Shown: in pieces, positions 1 through 13,060 of the stretch
How the letters are laid out: each line of letters opens with the position of its first letter
Numbering within the stretch: the stretch's first letter is position 1
Source: Octopus vulgaris
Taxonomy: Eukaryota
Length of the DNA stretch: 64,000 bases
Assembly: GCA_951406725.2 (NCBI GenBank)
Contig: OX597827.1
Location: forward strand, 1,736,001-1,800,000
Direction: 5' to 3'
Notes under the pieces: model-generated
Told to the model about the DNA's origin: nothing
The model's input: only the letters and a program-made list of their open reading frames with translations
The model's database searches: none
Translations under genes and position numbers: made by a program

Positions 1-966
1 TTATGTTCAGATCATTAAAATGGAATGTCAAGTTAAGAAAAACAAGCATTTTCGACACCTGTTTGCTTTTAATCAAAGTTCTAAGGCTGCAAAAGCTGCT
101 CACAACATTTGTGCTGTGTATGGAGCGGGTGCCATAGCTGAAAGAACTGCTCATGATTGGTATGCCAAGTTCAATAATGGAAATTTTGACCTCAAAGACA
201 CACCTCATCCTGGCGGTTTATTTGAGTTTGATGAAGAGCGATTAAACCAACTTTTGCATGAAAATTCTCATCAAATGACCAGAGAATTGGCAGAGAAAAT
301 GGAATGCTCCCACATTGCCATAGAGAAGCATCTTCACTCGACGGGAATGGTTCAGAAGTATGGAGCATGTGTTCCGTATGCTTTAAGTAACAACAACAAA
401 AATCAATGAGCCACAATCTCCGCTGGTTTGCTTGCTTGTCACCACTCAACTCATGGACACAAGCAACAATTTCTTTACTGAATCGTTACTGGTGACAAAA
501 AATGGTGCCTGTACATCAATATGAAGCAGCGTAAGGAATGGCTTAGCCCCGGTAAACAAGCGACACCATGCGTGAAACAAGATCTTCATCCACGTAAAAC
601 AATGCACGACAACGCCCGCCTTCATATCACCAATATGACCAAGGAAGCCATTCAAAGACATGGCTGGGAAGTGCTGCCACACCCACTGTACTCTCCTGAT
701 TTGGCACCAATGGATTTCCAGCTCTTTCGATCTCTTTCAAATGCTATGCATGGAGTTTCGTTCAGTACTGATGCAGAATTGAGAGCTTGGTTGGATCAAT
801 TTTTCGAGTCGAAATCGAGGAACTGAAAATTTTGTTGAACATTGGGAAGAAGTTGTAAACAACAAGGGTGAATACATTATTGATTAATTAGTTGCTATTT
901 TTTTATTAAACCTTTTAAAAAATTAAAATTTAAAAAAATGGCAGGAACTTAGTTGTCAACCCAATA
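1..966 (+). mobile_element. Decayed, internally deleted mariner (DD34D) transposon
   Basis: ORFs 20-409 (HTH region, WYAKF..GNFDLKD) and 521-826 (HDNARLH, HPLYSPDLAP.DF.LF). Deletion between HPRKTM and HDNA. Right TIR ggcaggaacttagttgtcaacccaata at about 940-966. Confidence 0.9.
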
Positions 967-1404
967 CATATGTACATTCATGTATAAATATATGTGTGTA
1001 TATATACATACCTAAATATATATGTATGAATGTATTTTTGTATGTATTTATTCATTATGTGCAACAGAAGTAGCATTAGTTTAAAATTGCAATCTGTGTA
1101 ACATATTTAATGCATATGCATCATAGAAAGTCAAATTAACTGCAGTATTCAGCCCAAAATAACATTTCTTATTGATGTATACTGTTAACTCAAAAATATA
1201 TTATTAGTGGCCAAAAATCCTCCAAAAGTGATGACATTTTAAATGCTAATTTCTGCCTCTTTGGATTTTCATCAGTAGCAAGCACCTGTGGGCAACTGCA
1301 TGCTAAAGCAAAATCCTTTATCATTGTTTTCTTGTTTCAGTGATAGCAGATTTTGACTGCAATCCACTTGGCAATCTGAACATCATTGATAAAGTGGGAT
1401 TCAG

Positions 1405-1582
1405 TTCTATATTTAAGAGATGAAGAATTATGTACATTATTTATATTATTTACATTTGACGGATATTTGTCCTCATCTTGTTTGTTGTTAGCACAACATT
1501 TCGGCTGATATCCTCTCCAGCCGTCATCAGGTGTCTTGGAGAAATTTTGAACCTGGGTTCTGATTCCTAAGGTATTTTTCAA

Positions 1583-1617
<35 letters not shown>

Positions 1618-1754
1618 TCACTGCTTGGAATCAAACTCGGAATTTTAGGGTTAGTAGCCTGTGCTCTTAACCACTTTGCCGTATGCCACAGGCATATGGC
1701 GTAGTGGTTAAGAGCTACTAACCTGAAGATTCCAAGTTCGATTCCAGGTAGTGA

Positions 1755-1829
<75 letters not shown>

Positions 1830-1985
1830 CAACATTGAAAAATACCTTAGGAATGAGAACCCAGGTTCGAAATTTCCCCAAGACACCTGATGAAGGCTGG
1901 AAGATATATCAGTCAAAACTTTGTGTTAATAACAAACAAGATGAGGACAAATATCAGTCAAATGTAAATAATGTAAATAATGTAA
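1405..1985. mobile_element. Palindromic (head-to-head) Penelope-like terminus: tRNA-like head, (TAA)n and hammerhead on each arm
   Basis: 1433-1687 is the reverse complement of 1691-1984 (3-nt loop, 1688-1690). Same family as the GIY-YIG-bearing copy at 41941-42546. Confidence 0.85.
1491..1535 (-). ncRNA. Minimal type I hammerhead ribozyme motif
   Basis: Minus strand GACAC-CTGATGA-cGGCTG(loop)CAGCC-GAAA-TG-TT-GTGc. The partner copy at 1882-1928 (+) has GAAA mutated to AAAA. Confidence 0.7.
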
Positions 1986-2199
1986 AGTGGGGCTGTATGG
2001 CTGATTGCATTGCAGACCAAAGGTGACTGGATTAATGTGGTGTGAAGGGATATTATTTATTCTAAGAGAAACTGTTTCAATGCTTTGTAAGATTTTAAAG
2101 CTCTGAATTTGTGTCATCTGGACGCTATCAAGAAGAAACTTATTCTGATGCTGACCGTTGAACAGTAGCTCTGATGTTTAATGATATTGCAACTACTAC

Positions 2200-2720
2200 T
2201 ATACCTTGAAAAACTGCACATTTTGTAATCCTTAGAATGATGAAGTTGACTTTTCAATGATGTTCTATATCATTAGAAATCATTCATATCCCTAGCCCCT
2301 AAGTTTTAAAGTGAATTCAGACAGGATTTTAAAGTTTTCCATATTCTTATAGTTGAATGAATGAAGAAGCTTGTATAAACAATTCTTGAATGTGTCCTCC
2401 ATGAGACCTATGCAACTCCTTTCAATATCAACCAGCAGTGTTTTAGATGCTTCATTTACAATTGTTTAGGAGAGATGGAATATTCTGCACAGCAGGTAGA
2501 AGGATTTCATCGGTTAGAAGTTGACTGTTAGGTGGAGTCTATGTGGATATGTCTTCTCCATTAAGGTGAATGGTTCTGAGAAGCAATGTTTTCCAGCTGA
2601 AATCATTGTGAGCGTTGAAAAAGCTTCTTGTATTTGTGCACTGGTGGGAAATGGGGCCACACTAAAGTTAGAAAGTTCTTGGCTCTGTTCAAAGTAATGT
2701 TCAAGCTATAATGACCATCT
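2200..2720 (-). mobile_element. Highly decayed PLE GIY-YIG endonuclease remnant
   Basis: Minus-strand translation includes CIGLMEDTFKNCLYKLLHSF, resembling YIGxTxxxFKxRxxxHxxSF. Many stops. Confidence 0.5.
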
Positions 2721-3480
2721 CATTAGTTCTACTCTGATGTGAAGTTAGTAAGGTTAACCTTTCTTCCACAGCAGATAGATATAAATAAATAGACTGACTG
2801 ATAGATAGATGTAGATAGACAGATATATAGATTCATAGATAAGATGAGAGATAGGATGAAAGATAGTGAAAGAGATAGATAGATAGATTGATAGTTAGGT
2901 AGGTTGCTAGATAGATAAATTGGCAGATTTGTAGGAAGGCAGACAAATGAGCAAAAATATAAACTAACTGAACAAGTCAGACAGAAAAGGCAAACGAAAA
3001 AGGCTCAGAGAAAGAAATAGGATAAAAATAAAAGAGGAGGAGAGAAAAAGAGACGGGTCAATGGGTGACAAGGCAGTGGGAGTGTGAAAACCCCTACCCT
3101 GCAGTTGAGAAAAAAACACAGGGAATAATTAAGCAAATAAAAAGATATTTATAAATAAAAGGAAAATGAAAAATCGAACATGAAAGAAAATAACAACATG
3201 CAAAAGAATAAAACATAGAATATAAATAGCACAAAAAAAAATGCTGAATGAAAACTGGGTTGTTGGGTCGTGGTAGGAATGTCTCATTGAATTTCGTTTT
3301 TACTCAGTGCCAACAAGTAAACCAATTTCTATATTTTGCAAAAATAACACTTTTAGATGTATATATGTATGTATATATGTATGTATATATGTATGTATAT
3401 ATGTATGTATATATGTATGTGCATTTGCATGTGTATATGTATGTGTATATGCATACATACGACTGTGTGTACGTGTGTGT

Positions 3481-4345
3481 GTCTTTCTTCCTTATTCACT
3501 TTCTTTCTTACTCCCTTTCTTTCACCCATTTTTTAAACTCTCTTTGTCTCTTCTTTTTTTCTCCTTCTCTTATCCACTCTCTATTTTTTCTCTCTCCCTC
3601 TCCTCACTCTTTCACTTTCTGTCTCGTTCCCTCAATTTCTTTCTCCCCTCACTCTCTCTCTCTCTCATTCTCTCCTACCCTCTTTCACCTTTTCTTTCTC
3701 TTACTTTCTCTCTTTTCTCTCTTTCTTTCTGCTTCTCTATTGATCTCTCCTTTCATTTGGTTTTCGTTCCCCTTCTCTCCTCCATGTTCTTTCATTCTTT
3801 TTCTTTCCCTATACCTTACTCTCTTTTGTCTTTCTCCTTTTATTTCATACTCTCTATTCTCTTTCTTTCTCTGCTCTTTTTCTGTCTGTCTCTCTCTTCT
3901 TTTCTCTGTCTTTCTTTCTCTCCTTTCCCTCTTCCCACCTCTCTTTCACTTCTCTACTTTTTTACCTCGTTCTCTTTCTCTCTTTTCTCTCTTCCTCTTT
4001 CCTTTTCTCTGTCTCACTTTCTCCCTTCCCTCTTTTCTTTCTCTTTTTGCCATCTCTACTTCTCTCTTTCTCCTTCCTTTTCTCTGTCTCTCTTTCTCTC
4101 TCCTCTTTTTTCTTTTCATCTTTCCAGTCTCCTTCCTTCTCTCTTTTCCTTTGACTTTCATTCTCTCCCTCTCTACCTCTCACTCTATCACTCCGTCTCT
4201 TGCTCTCAATCACTGTCCCCCTCCCCCACCCCTCACTTTTCATACATTTTTGCTCCCCTCCACTCTTCCTTTTCCTCTTTCCCTTCCTCCCTTCCTCTCT
4301 TCTCCTTCTCTCTCCCTCTTTCTCTCCATCTCCCTCTCTCTTTCA
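3481..4345. repeat. About 870-bp polypyrimidine (CT-rich) low-complexity tract
   Basis: Almost exclusively C/T on the + strand. It explains the spurious 386-aa and 360-aa ORFs. Confidence 0.95.
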
Positions 4346-5032
4346 TGCTCAGTAGCGGTGGTTCCTCTTCTTGGAAGCTCACAGAGTGAAGTCGTCAAAC
4401 TTGATTGATAGATCCTTGCGGCTATACAACCAAATACAGCTTTGCCGAACAATCACACATGCAACAACCAACCAAACAAATATACAAACAAACACACACA
4501 TACAAACAAACAAAATTTTTTTCAAAATAAATACAACCATAAAAAAAATTATATAAAAAAAACATACATAAAAAGCAATCACAAACAACAACAACAACAA
4601 AAACATCATCAACAACGGAATCTAGAGAGATGTCTACAACGATGGTAAAAATAAAAAACCTTACAAATGCTTACTTTTCTCTCAAAGACATACACACATT
4701 ACATACAGTTGCCGTTCTTCTGCCTTTCGGAACGGAAGAAAATTTTATCTTTGATTTATTAAAAATACTCTTCCCCTCCCTCTTCCCCCCTCTCTTCTCC
4801 TCCTCCCTCTTCTCCTTTTTCTTTCCCTTCTCCTCTTACCACATATTTATACACACATCTATTTCTCTTTTTTATTAGTTAATATCTTTATTTATCTTTA
4901 AAAATTCACTTGCTCTATTTTTTTTTGTCTTTGTATTTTCTTATCATCCGACACTGATTTCTTTCCATGCTCATTTTTACATTCTTTCTTTCCTTCTTTC
5001 TTTCCTATTTCTTTTTACCATTTTCCTTCTTT

Positions 5033-5456
5033 ACTGTTTTACTCTCTTTTACTCTTTTAATTGTTTCAGTCATTTCACTGTGGCCATGCTGGAGCACGGC
5101 CTTTAGGTCAAGCAAATCGACCCCAGGACTTATTCTTTGTAAGCCTAGTACTTATTCTATCGGTCTCCTTTTTTGCCGAACCACTAAGTTACAGGGACGT
5201 AAACACACCAGCATCAGTTGTCAAGCGATGTTGGGGGGAGAAACATAGACACACAAACATACACACACATACACATATATATACATATATACGATGGGTT
5301 TCTTTCAGTTTCCATCTACCAAATCCACTCACAAGGCCTTGGTCAACCCAAGGCTATAGTAGAATACACTTGCCCAAGGTGCCATGCAGTGGGACTGAAC
5401 CCAGGAACCATGTGGTTTGTAAGCAAGCTACTTACTACACGTCCACTCCTATGCCT
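5033..5456 (-). mobile_element. tRNA-derived SINE, family A (octopus-type), full length
   Basis: Reverse complement of the copy at 6817-7278. tRNA-like head, internal TA/TG microsatellite, gactgaaacaagtaaaagag tail. Confidence 0.9.
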
Positions 5457-6525
5457 TTCTTCAATTTTTTTAAATAATTGATCTCATTCTCAATTTTACA
5501 CTTCATTTCCACTCCGCCTCCTCCTCCTTCGCCTCCTCTCCTCCCCTCCTGCTGCTGATGGTTTTTGTTGTAGATACTTTTATTACTATTTTTATTGGCA
5601 TTTACTTTCATTGCCGTTGTTTCTGTTGTTATTGTTGCTGTTTTGTTCCTGTTTAGCTCAGCTCAGACTTGGCAAACTTTTGAACCAATACATTCCAATA
5701 ACGACCAATCCATCCTTTTCCAGGGATTGCTTCTCTAAGAATACATATATAAATTGAGTGAGATGGTGTTGTTCTTTTCTAATAAGCTGGACCACCAAAC
5801 AATTGCTACTTCATTGGATTGTATTTGTTCCTGCAATATAAGGACGACGGCACAATGTTTTTTTATATTTAAATAACTAAATTAATGCAAGTAATCTTCC
5901 ACTACTTTCTCATGATATCTTTGGAGAGAGAAAGAATGGAGTCCAAATGAACTGCAACCATAGTAAAACCATGAGTTCAATCCACATCCAAACTACTGTC
6001 CAAAGTGTACAAGATATCCTTATATGCATATTGATTTCTTACATATATATATAAACATCTTCACCTTTACTATTTCTCCTCTGTCTATCTCTCTCTCTCT
6101 CTTGTTCTTCGACCTTTCTGGCTTTCTCTCCCACCCTTCCCTATTCTTCTCCTCTCTCTTTCACCGTTCCCTCTCTCTTACTCCTCCTCCTCCTCCTCGA
6201 CTCTCTCTTCACTGACATGTGATCAGAGGGAAGCCATCTTTCCAACTGCTATCTTCACCAAAACCAGACCGATTATCCTGTCTCTCTCATAAGATGTCTC
6301 CTTAAGCGTTCAGAATAATTTTTCCATTGTCTTGTTATTCTCTTTGTTCTGTCTTTTATTGTTTTTACTTGTATTGTTTTTACTTGTATTGTTTTTACTT
6401 TTATTGTTTTGTTCTTTCTGTCCTATTCTTGTTACCACTTTTACCCCTCCGCAAAAAAATCCCAAATTTTATTTAATTTGCTTTGCGGGAAAGACTGTTT
6501 CAACGAAGTCACATCTTGTCCTTAC

Positions 6526-6558
6526 CTTCGAGACATGGAGTAGATGAAACATGGACAA
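6526..6558 (-). CDS. Candidate 33-nt frame-preserving microexon of an unidentified gene
   Basis: Minus strand ttccccttcttcag|TTGTCCATGTTTCATCTACTCCATGTCTCGAAG|gtaagg. Open in all three phases. No homology recognised. Confidence 0.25.
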
Positions 6559-6764
6559 CTGAAGAAGGGGAATATTCCTTGTGTTGTATGTCTTGTACTC
6601 TGTATTTTTTTTGTTTGAAAAAAAGTTTGTTTCCATGTTTTTGTTTTTATGTTTTCGTTTCTCATTGTGTTCAACGTTTTTTTTATGTCCTGTACCCATA
6701 TATGCATGTACATATAGATGTAAGTATGAACATATATGTATGTATATATGCATATATTTATATA

Positions 6765-6812
<48 letters not shown>

Positions 6813-6816
6813 GTGT

Positions 6817-6988
6817 AGGTGCAGGAGTGGCTGTGTGATTAGAAGCTTGCTTACCAGCCACATGGTTCCAGGTTCAGTCCCACTGCATGGCACCTTGGGT
6901 AAGTGTCACCTACTATATCCATGGGCTGACCAAAGCCTTGTAAGTGGATTTGGTAGACGGAAACTGAAAGACGTCCATTGTATATATG

Positions 6989-7040
<52 letters not shown>

Positions 7041-7278
7041 TGTGTGTGTGTGTGCATGTGTGTGTGTATGTTTGTGTGCCTGTGTTTGTCCCCCAACGTC
7101 GCTTTACAACCAATGCTGGTGTGTTTACATCCCTGTAAGCTTGTGGTTCGGCAAAAGAGACCAATAGAAAAAATACTAGGCTTACAAAGAATAAGTCCTT
7201 GGGTTGATTTGCTTGACTAAAGGTGGTGCTCCAGCATGGCCAAAGTCAAATGACTGAAACAAGTAAAAGAGTAAAAGA
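6817..7278 (+). mobile_element. tRNA-derived SINE, family A, full length
   Basis: ggtgcaggagtggctgtgtg...ggttcagtcccactgc head. Body shared with 14388-14800 and 57290-57732. Confidence 0.9.
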
Positions 7279-7766
7279 TTAACTGTGTTGTAAGATAGTA
7301 AGATTGCTATTTTATTAATCCTTGTTGCTGAGTATTCCTGAGACAATAGATAATATGGAATCCAGTATGCAAACACAAGTTTTGTATAATGTCAATATAG
7401 CTGAGAAAAAATGTCCCAGGGGCGTATTTTACATACTAAATATAAATTTTGTTAGACTTATCATATATTTAGTATAATGAAATAATAAATTATGATTCAC
7501 TGAAATTATCGGATAGAATCCCTCTTTGAGTGCTTAAAATATGAAAACAACAAAATGGCAGGCATAATTCCAATATAATCAGCACAAATTCTGGAAAATA
7601 TATTAGGTTGTTTGTTCTTTAAAGCCAATTTGTGAAAGTAAAAGTCATGTTTCAGAGCTAATAAACCTCTTCAGTGAAGCTTATTTAACTCAGCACTTAA
7701 GATGTAAAAGTCATCATTCTGTCTATCTGTATATCTGTCTGTCTGTCTATTGATCTTTCTGTCTAT

Positions 7767-7813
<47 letters not shown>

Positions 7814-8052
7814 TACACATATGTACATATGTATATATATGTATATGTACTTGTATATATATATAGGATATATTTGTATGTATATACATGTATATATATA
7901 TATGCATGTATATATATATATATATGTATATGTGTGTATAAACATATATATGTACATAAAGACACACATACTGACACACAACTATGCATGCCAGCTCGCC
8001 AGCATGTCCACAGCCTTTGGCAAAAGCTCAGAAAATATAAATTATATATGTA

Positions 8053-9010
8053 TGAGAGCCCTTACCTCTGCTGGTGACAAAAGGCCTCTCGCTCAGAGTA
8101 AAAGGCAGACTGTATGATGCATGTGTATGAACAGCCATGCTACATGGTAGTGAAACATGGGCTGTGACTGCTGAGGATATGCGTAAGCTCACAAGAAATG
8201 AAGCCAGTATGCTCCAATGGATGTGTAATGTCAGTGTTCATACTCGACAGAGTGTAAGTACCTTGAGAGAAAAGTTGGACCTAAGAAGCATCAGTTGTGG
8301 TGTGCAAGAGAGACGTTTGCGCTGGTATGGTCACGTGGCAAGAATGGATGAAGATAATTGTGTGAAAAAGTGCCACACCCTAGCGGTTGAGGGAACCTGT
8401 CGAAGAGGTAGACCCAGGAAAACCTGGGACAAGGTGGTGAAGCACGACCTTCGAACTTTAGGTCTCACTGAGGAAATGACTAGAGACCGAGACCTATGGA
8501 AGTATACTGTGCATGAGAAGACCCGGCAAGACAAGTGAGACCATAATCCATGGCCTCTACCTGGGATGTAGCCAGTCCACTTATGCATACCTTTCCTTCT
8601 TGAGACACAAAACTCTACTTGTGAAGACCTGTTGAGGCAAGTGAGAATCAGAATCGAAATCAATCAACATCAATGGAATTTGTAGCTGTGATACCAGTGC
8701 CGGTGGCACGTAAGCGAACCATCCGAATGTGGCCGTTGCCAGCGCCGCCCCAACGCGCCTCCGTGCCAGTGGCACGTAAAAAGCACCATCCGACCGTGGC
8801 CGTTTGCCAGCCCCGTCTGGCACGTAAAAAGCACCCACTACACTCAGGGAGTGGTTGGCGTTAGGAAGGGCATCCAGCCGTAGAAACATTGCCAGATAAG
8901 ACTGGGCCTGGTGCAGCCTTCTGGCTTCCCAGACCCCAGTTGAACCGTCCAACCCATGCTAACATGGAAAGCGGATGCTAAATGACGATGATGATGATGA
9001 TGGTGATGGT
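8053..9010 (+). mobile_element. 5'-truncated RTE-clade LINE (RT C-terminus, 3' UTR, (GAT)n tail)
   Basis: ORF 8137-8538 with LHGSETW, LRWYGHVARM and RGRPRKTW motifs. 3' UTR-only copies at 16173-16372 and about 17220-17650. Confidence 0.9.
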
Positions 9011-9081
9011 ATGTATATGGACACACAAGCACACATAGTCACGCACACACACACACAATCACACATACACATTCACACACA

Positions 9082-9122
<41 letters not shown>

Positions 9123-9779
9123 ATATAAATAGAGAGAAATCTTAACAATATGGCTGCAGGAGTGTTCTGCTAACTAAATCCATATAAGGCAAGGCCTCGC
9201 ATATGTAATACGATAAGTTGAAAAACTTCAATTAACTGGGAATATCATGCAATTAGTCCATGCAATTAGTAGACAAAATCTCCCTCTAGGGCGTTTTAAA
9301 ATCTAAAAGAAGCAAACATGCAAGGGAGGTAATTCTGAGAAAGTCAATTAACTGCACTATTGTTTTCGTTTTCATTTCATTGTTTATAATGTTTGTTGTT
9401 GTTGTTGTTGATGTTTTATTTTTATTGTTTTTGGTGTTTTTTATTGTTGTTGGTGTTGTTGTTCTTGTTGATGTTGTAGCATGTTTTCTAATTGTTTATT
9501 TGCCTCCCTGCTTTCAAGAACAATCCGTATTAGGCCAGGCTTTAATCAGTTAGAAACATTCCATGTCTTTAGGACATGTTTACCAAATTAGGTGACAGCA
9601 AATGATGATTATTCTATTCCTTCACCTCCTTCTCTTCTTCCTCTTTCTTTCATACTCCTTCTTTCTTTCTTTCTTTCTTTCTTTCCCCCTTTCTCCTTCC
9701 ACCCTCATTATGATCCCTTTTGTTCCGGTTCTTGTTCACACTGTTGTTATTCTGCGTGTCTTGTTATTACGCTTCTTTC

Positions 9780-9908
9780 CTCCTCCTCCTCCTCCTACTA
9801 CTTCTACGGATGCTGCTACTAATACTACTGCTGCTGCTGCTGCTGCTACTACTACTACTACTACTACTACTGCTGCTGCTGCTTCTACTGTTGCCGCTGC
9901 TGCTGCTG

Positions 9909-9966
<58 letters not shown>

Positions 9967-10230
9967 AACTAAGGGTTTTAAATTTTGGTGCAAGGCCAGC
10001 AATTTCACGAGAGGGAGCAATGCAATTATATCGACCCTCAATGCTCAAATGTTACTTATTTTATTGACCCTAAATGAATGAAAGACAAAGACAACCTTGG
10101 AGGAATTTGAACTCAAAATGCAAAGACAGACAAAACGCCTCTAAGCATTTTGTCTGACATGCCAGCAGTTGTTCCTCATCATCAGCATCTTTCTTCTCTA
10201 ACTGTTCTACTTTCTATTCTTCTATTTCCT

Positions 10231-10261
<31 letters not shown>

Positions 10262-10369
10262 ATCATCATCATCATCATTGCATCATCATCGTCATCGTCA
10301 TCATCATCGTCATCATCATCATCATCATCATCATCATTATCGTCATCATAATCATTATCATCATCATTG

Positions 10370-10400
<31 letters not shown>

Positions 10401-10414
10401 TTCATCGTCATCGC

Positions 10415-10457
<43 letters not shown>

Positions 10458-11620
10458 GTCGTCGTCATCATCATCATCATCACCCTTACCAGAGCTTAAG
10501 ACACAATATCTTGCCATATTTAGATGTGAAGGGCATCTAGCCATAAAATCCAAGCCAAACCAGGCAGGAACTTGGTGCAGCCATCCTACTTGCCAGCTCT
10601 GGTCAAACCGTCCAGCCCGAGCCAAGCCTGGAAAACATGCGTTAAATAATGATGATGATGGTGGTGATGATGATGACCATATTTTGAGACCAAATTTCCT
10701 CATGACCCAGGTCAGCTTTGACATTCATTTCTCCGGACTCAATAAATTAAAATACCAGTTATGTATTGGGGTTTATTTAATTGATTAAAACCTCACCTTT
10801 AGATTTCCAGCCTTCAGCCCATGCTGAAAATTATTTCACCTATTATTTGACGAACATTCTGGTGGAGGTGCTTGTTGTAATAATAATAACGATGATGACA
10901 ACAAGGACAAGAATGATGATGACAGCAATGCTGCTGGAGATGATGATGATGGAAATAATCGTGCTGATAATGATGGTGATAGCAATGATGATGATGACGA
11001 TGATTATGGTGGTGATGGAGGCGGAGGTGGTGGTGGTGATGGTGCTGATGATGAAGACACATGATGATGATGTTGACGATGATGATGACGAAGATGATGA
11101 TGATGGTGATGATGTTGATATCGATGATGATGATGATATTCATGGCAGCATCAGTGATGATGATGATGATGATGATGATGATGACAGGTACCAATGAAGA
11201 CAATTTTTTAAAGTGATAATGAGGCTATGTAGTTAAACGGTAAGGACAAAATTGATATTAATTGTAGTAGTAGTAGCAGCAGTAGTAGCAGTAGTAGTAG
11301 TAGTAGTAGCAGCAGCAGCAGCAGCAACAGAGGTGGTGGTGGGAGGGGTGTTGTAATTGTGGTGATGGTGTTGGTGTTTTTAGGGGTGGTGGTGTTTGTG
11401 ATGGTGGTGGTGGTGGTGGTGATGGGTATTTGTAATTGTGGTGATGTTGTTGGTGTTGGTGTTTGTGGTAGTGGTGGTGGTAGTGGCAGTGGCGTACAGT
11501 GTTGACGGTTGTAGTAGTGGTTGTGGTTGTGGTGGTATTGGTGGTGGATGATGATGACGATGGTGACAACAAAGATTTTGACAACCGTGATGACGATGAT
11601 CACCAACACCATGATGCTGA
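9780..11620. repeat. Patchwork of trinucleotide microsatellites
   Basis: (CTA/CTG)n 9795-9970, (CAT)n 10255-10480, (GAT)n 10890-11190, (TAG/CAG)n 11263-11330, (GGT)n 11330-11560. Confidence 0.95.
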
Positions 11621-11928
11621 TGGAAAAAAGACTCTCGAGCATTTTGCGGTTCCATGTTTTTGCTGTTGCTTCCTTGCTTAAGCAGCCGACTTCTATAAAT
11701 TTCAAACGTTAACAGAGATTACAAAAGAAGACAAAGGGAGTTAATCCTGCTACCTCTCTTGAGGAATAACTGTCATTTAGTGTGGCATATCTACAATCGG
11801 AAGACCATTTATGGTAGTTCTGTAACAACTGTCTACATCTAAAATATGTTTCTATGTTTCTCTTCAGTTAGCGTGTTGGTGGAACAAAGATTAGTGCATG
11901 TGTGTGTGCATATATATATATATGCATG

Positions 11929-11993
<65 letters not shown>

Positions 11994-12288
11994 ATATATA
12001 TATGTGTATATATATATATTTCGTTTTTGGATTTGGTTTGTAAGATTCTTTATATGAGTTCGTGCGTTGAAGCATATTCTGTTGTGTCTAGGGAGAGTAA
12101 TTTTCTTTTTGTGCCTGTATGTATATATATATATATTACATATGTATATTACATATATATATGTGTGTATATATAAGTATATATATACATATATGTATGT
12201 GTCTATATACATATATACATTTATATATATGTATGTACATATGTATATATGTGTATATATATATATATATATATGCATGTGTATGCAC

Positions 12289-12322
<34 letters not shown>

Positions 12323-12412
12323 TAGCATACATAATACATGTACACACACAAGCATACATAATACACATACACACACATACATTTATGTATGTGTGTGTAT
12401 ACATACATATGC

Positions 12413-13060
12413 ACCAGTCCAGACGTGTTTTCCTTTGTTCAAAGCCATCTTGGAACTCTTGCAAAGTGATGCCCTTTAATGCCTCCATCATTTTTTTCTT
12501 CACCTCTTCTACATCTGCAAATTCCAGTGAAGACCTTCAGAAAAAGTCTAGTTCAGTTTCCAACTGTTCTTTCAGTTCACAACACACATTCAGTCATGAC
12601 TACTTTTGATCTTCTGTGAGCAAGTGAGGCACAGATTTTGCTGCGACTCTTTTCATTCACAATTCCTTGATCAAAATTCTTCGGCAGGAGCTCCAAGATA
12701 CACTAGTCACATCAAGAAGTTTGTCGATTGTTCAGTGATGGTCCTCCAAAATCAGTTCATGAATTTTCATAATGTTTTCATCCATCCAGGAGGTTGATGG
12801 TTGTCCTGAACGGGGTTGGTCCTCAAGTGACAAATGACCATTCCTAAAGCATGAAAACCACTCATAAACTTGTGTTTTTCTCATAGTAGTGGCCTTGTAA
12901 GTGGACTGAATCATGACAACTATTTTAGCCACCCTTTTCCCCAGCAGGAAGCAAAATTTCATGGAAGTATGCTGTCCCTACATTTCAGCCATTGCTCAAA
13001 TCGACAAATAAGAGAGACATACTGCAAAACAAAGACGCACCATGTGGCAGTATGACCTGA
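12413..13060 (-). mobile_element. Internally deleted mariner remnant
   Basis: KFCFLLGK...KTQVYEWF..F..G..SLEDQPRSG.PST N-terminus and [18 protein letters not shown]-terminus. Confidence 0.85.

Noticed and set aside
1613-1757. tRNA genes
   Set aside because: The acceptor stem does not close and the segments are part of a repeat, so they are treated as tRNA-derived.
3248-4408. 386-aa and 360-aa ORFs
   Set aside because: Translations of TA/TG and CT low-complexity tracts, which lack stop codons by composition.
9592-11712. Homopolymeric poly-L/T/S/D/H ORFs
   Set aside because: Trinucleotide microsatellites open in several frames on both strands.
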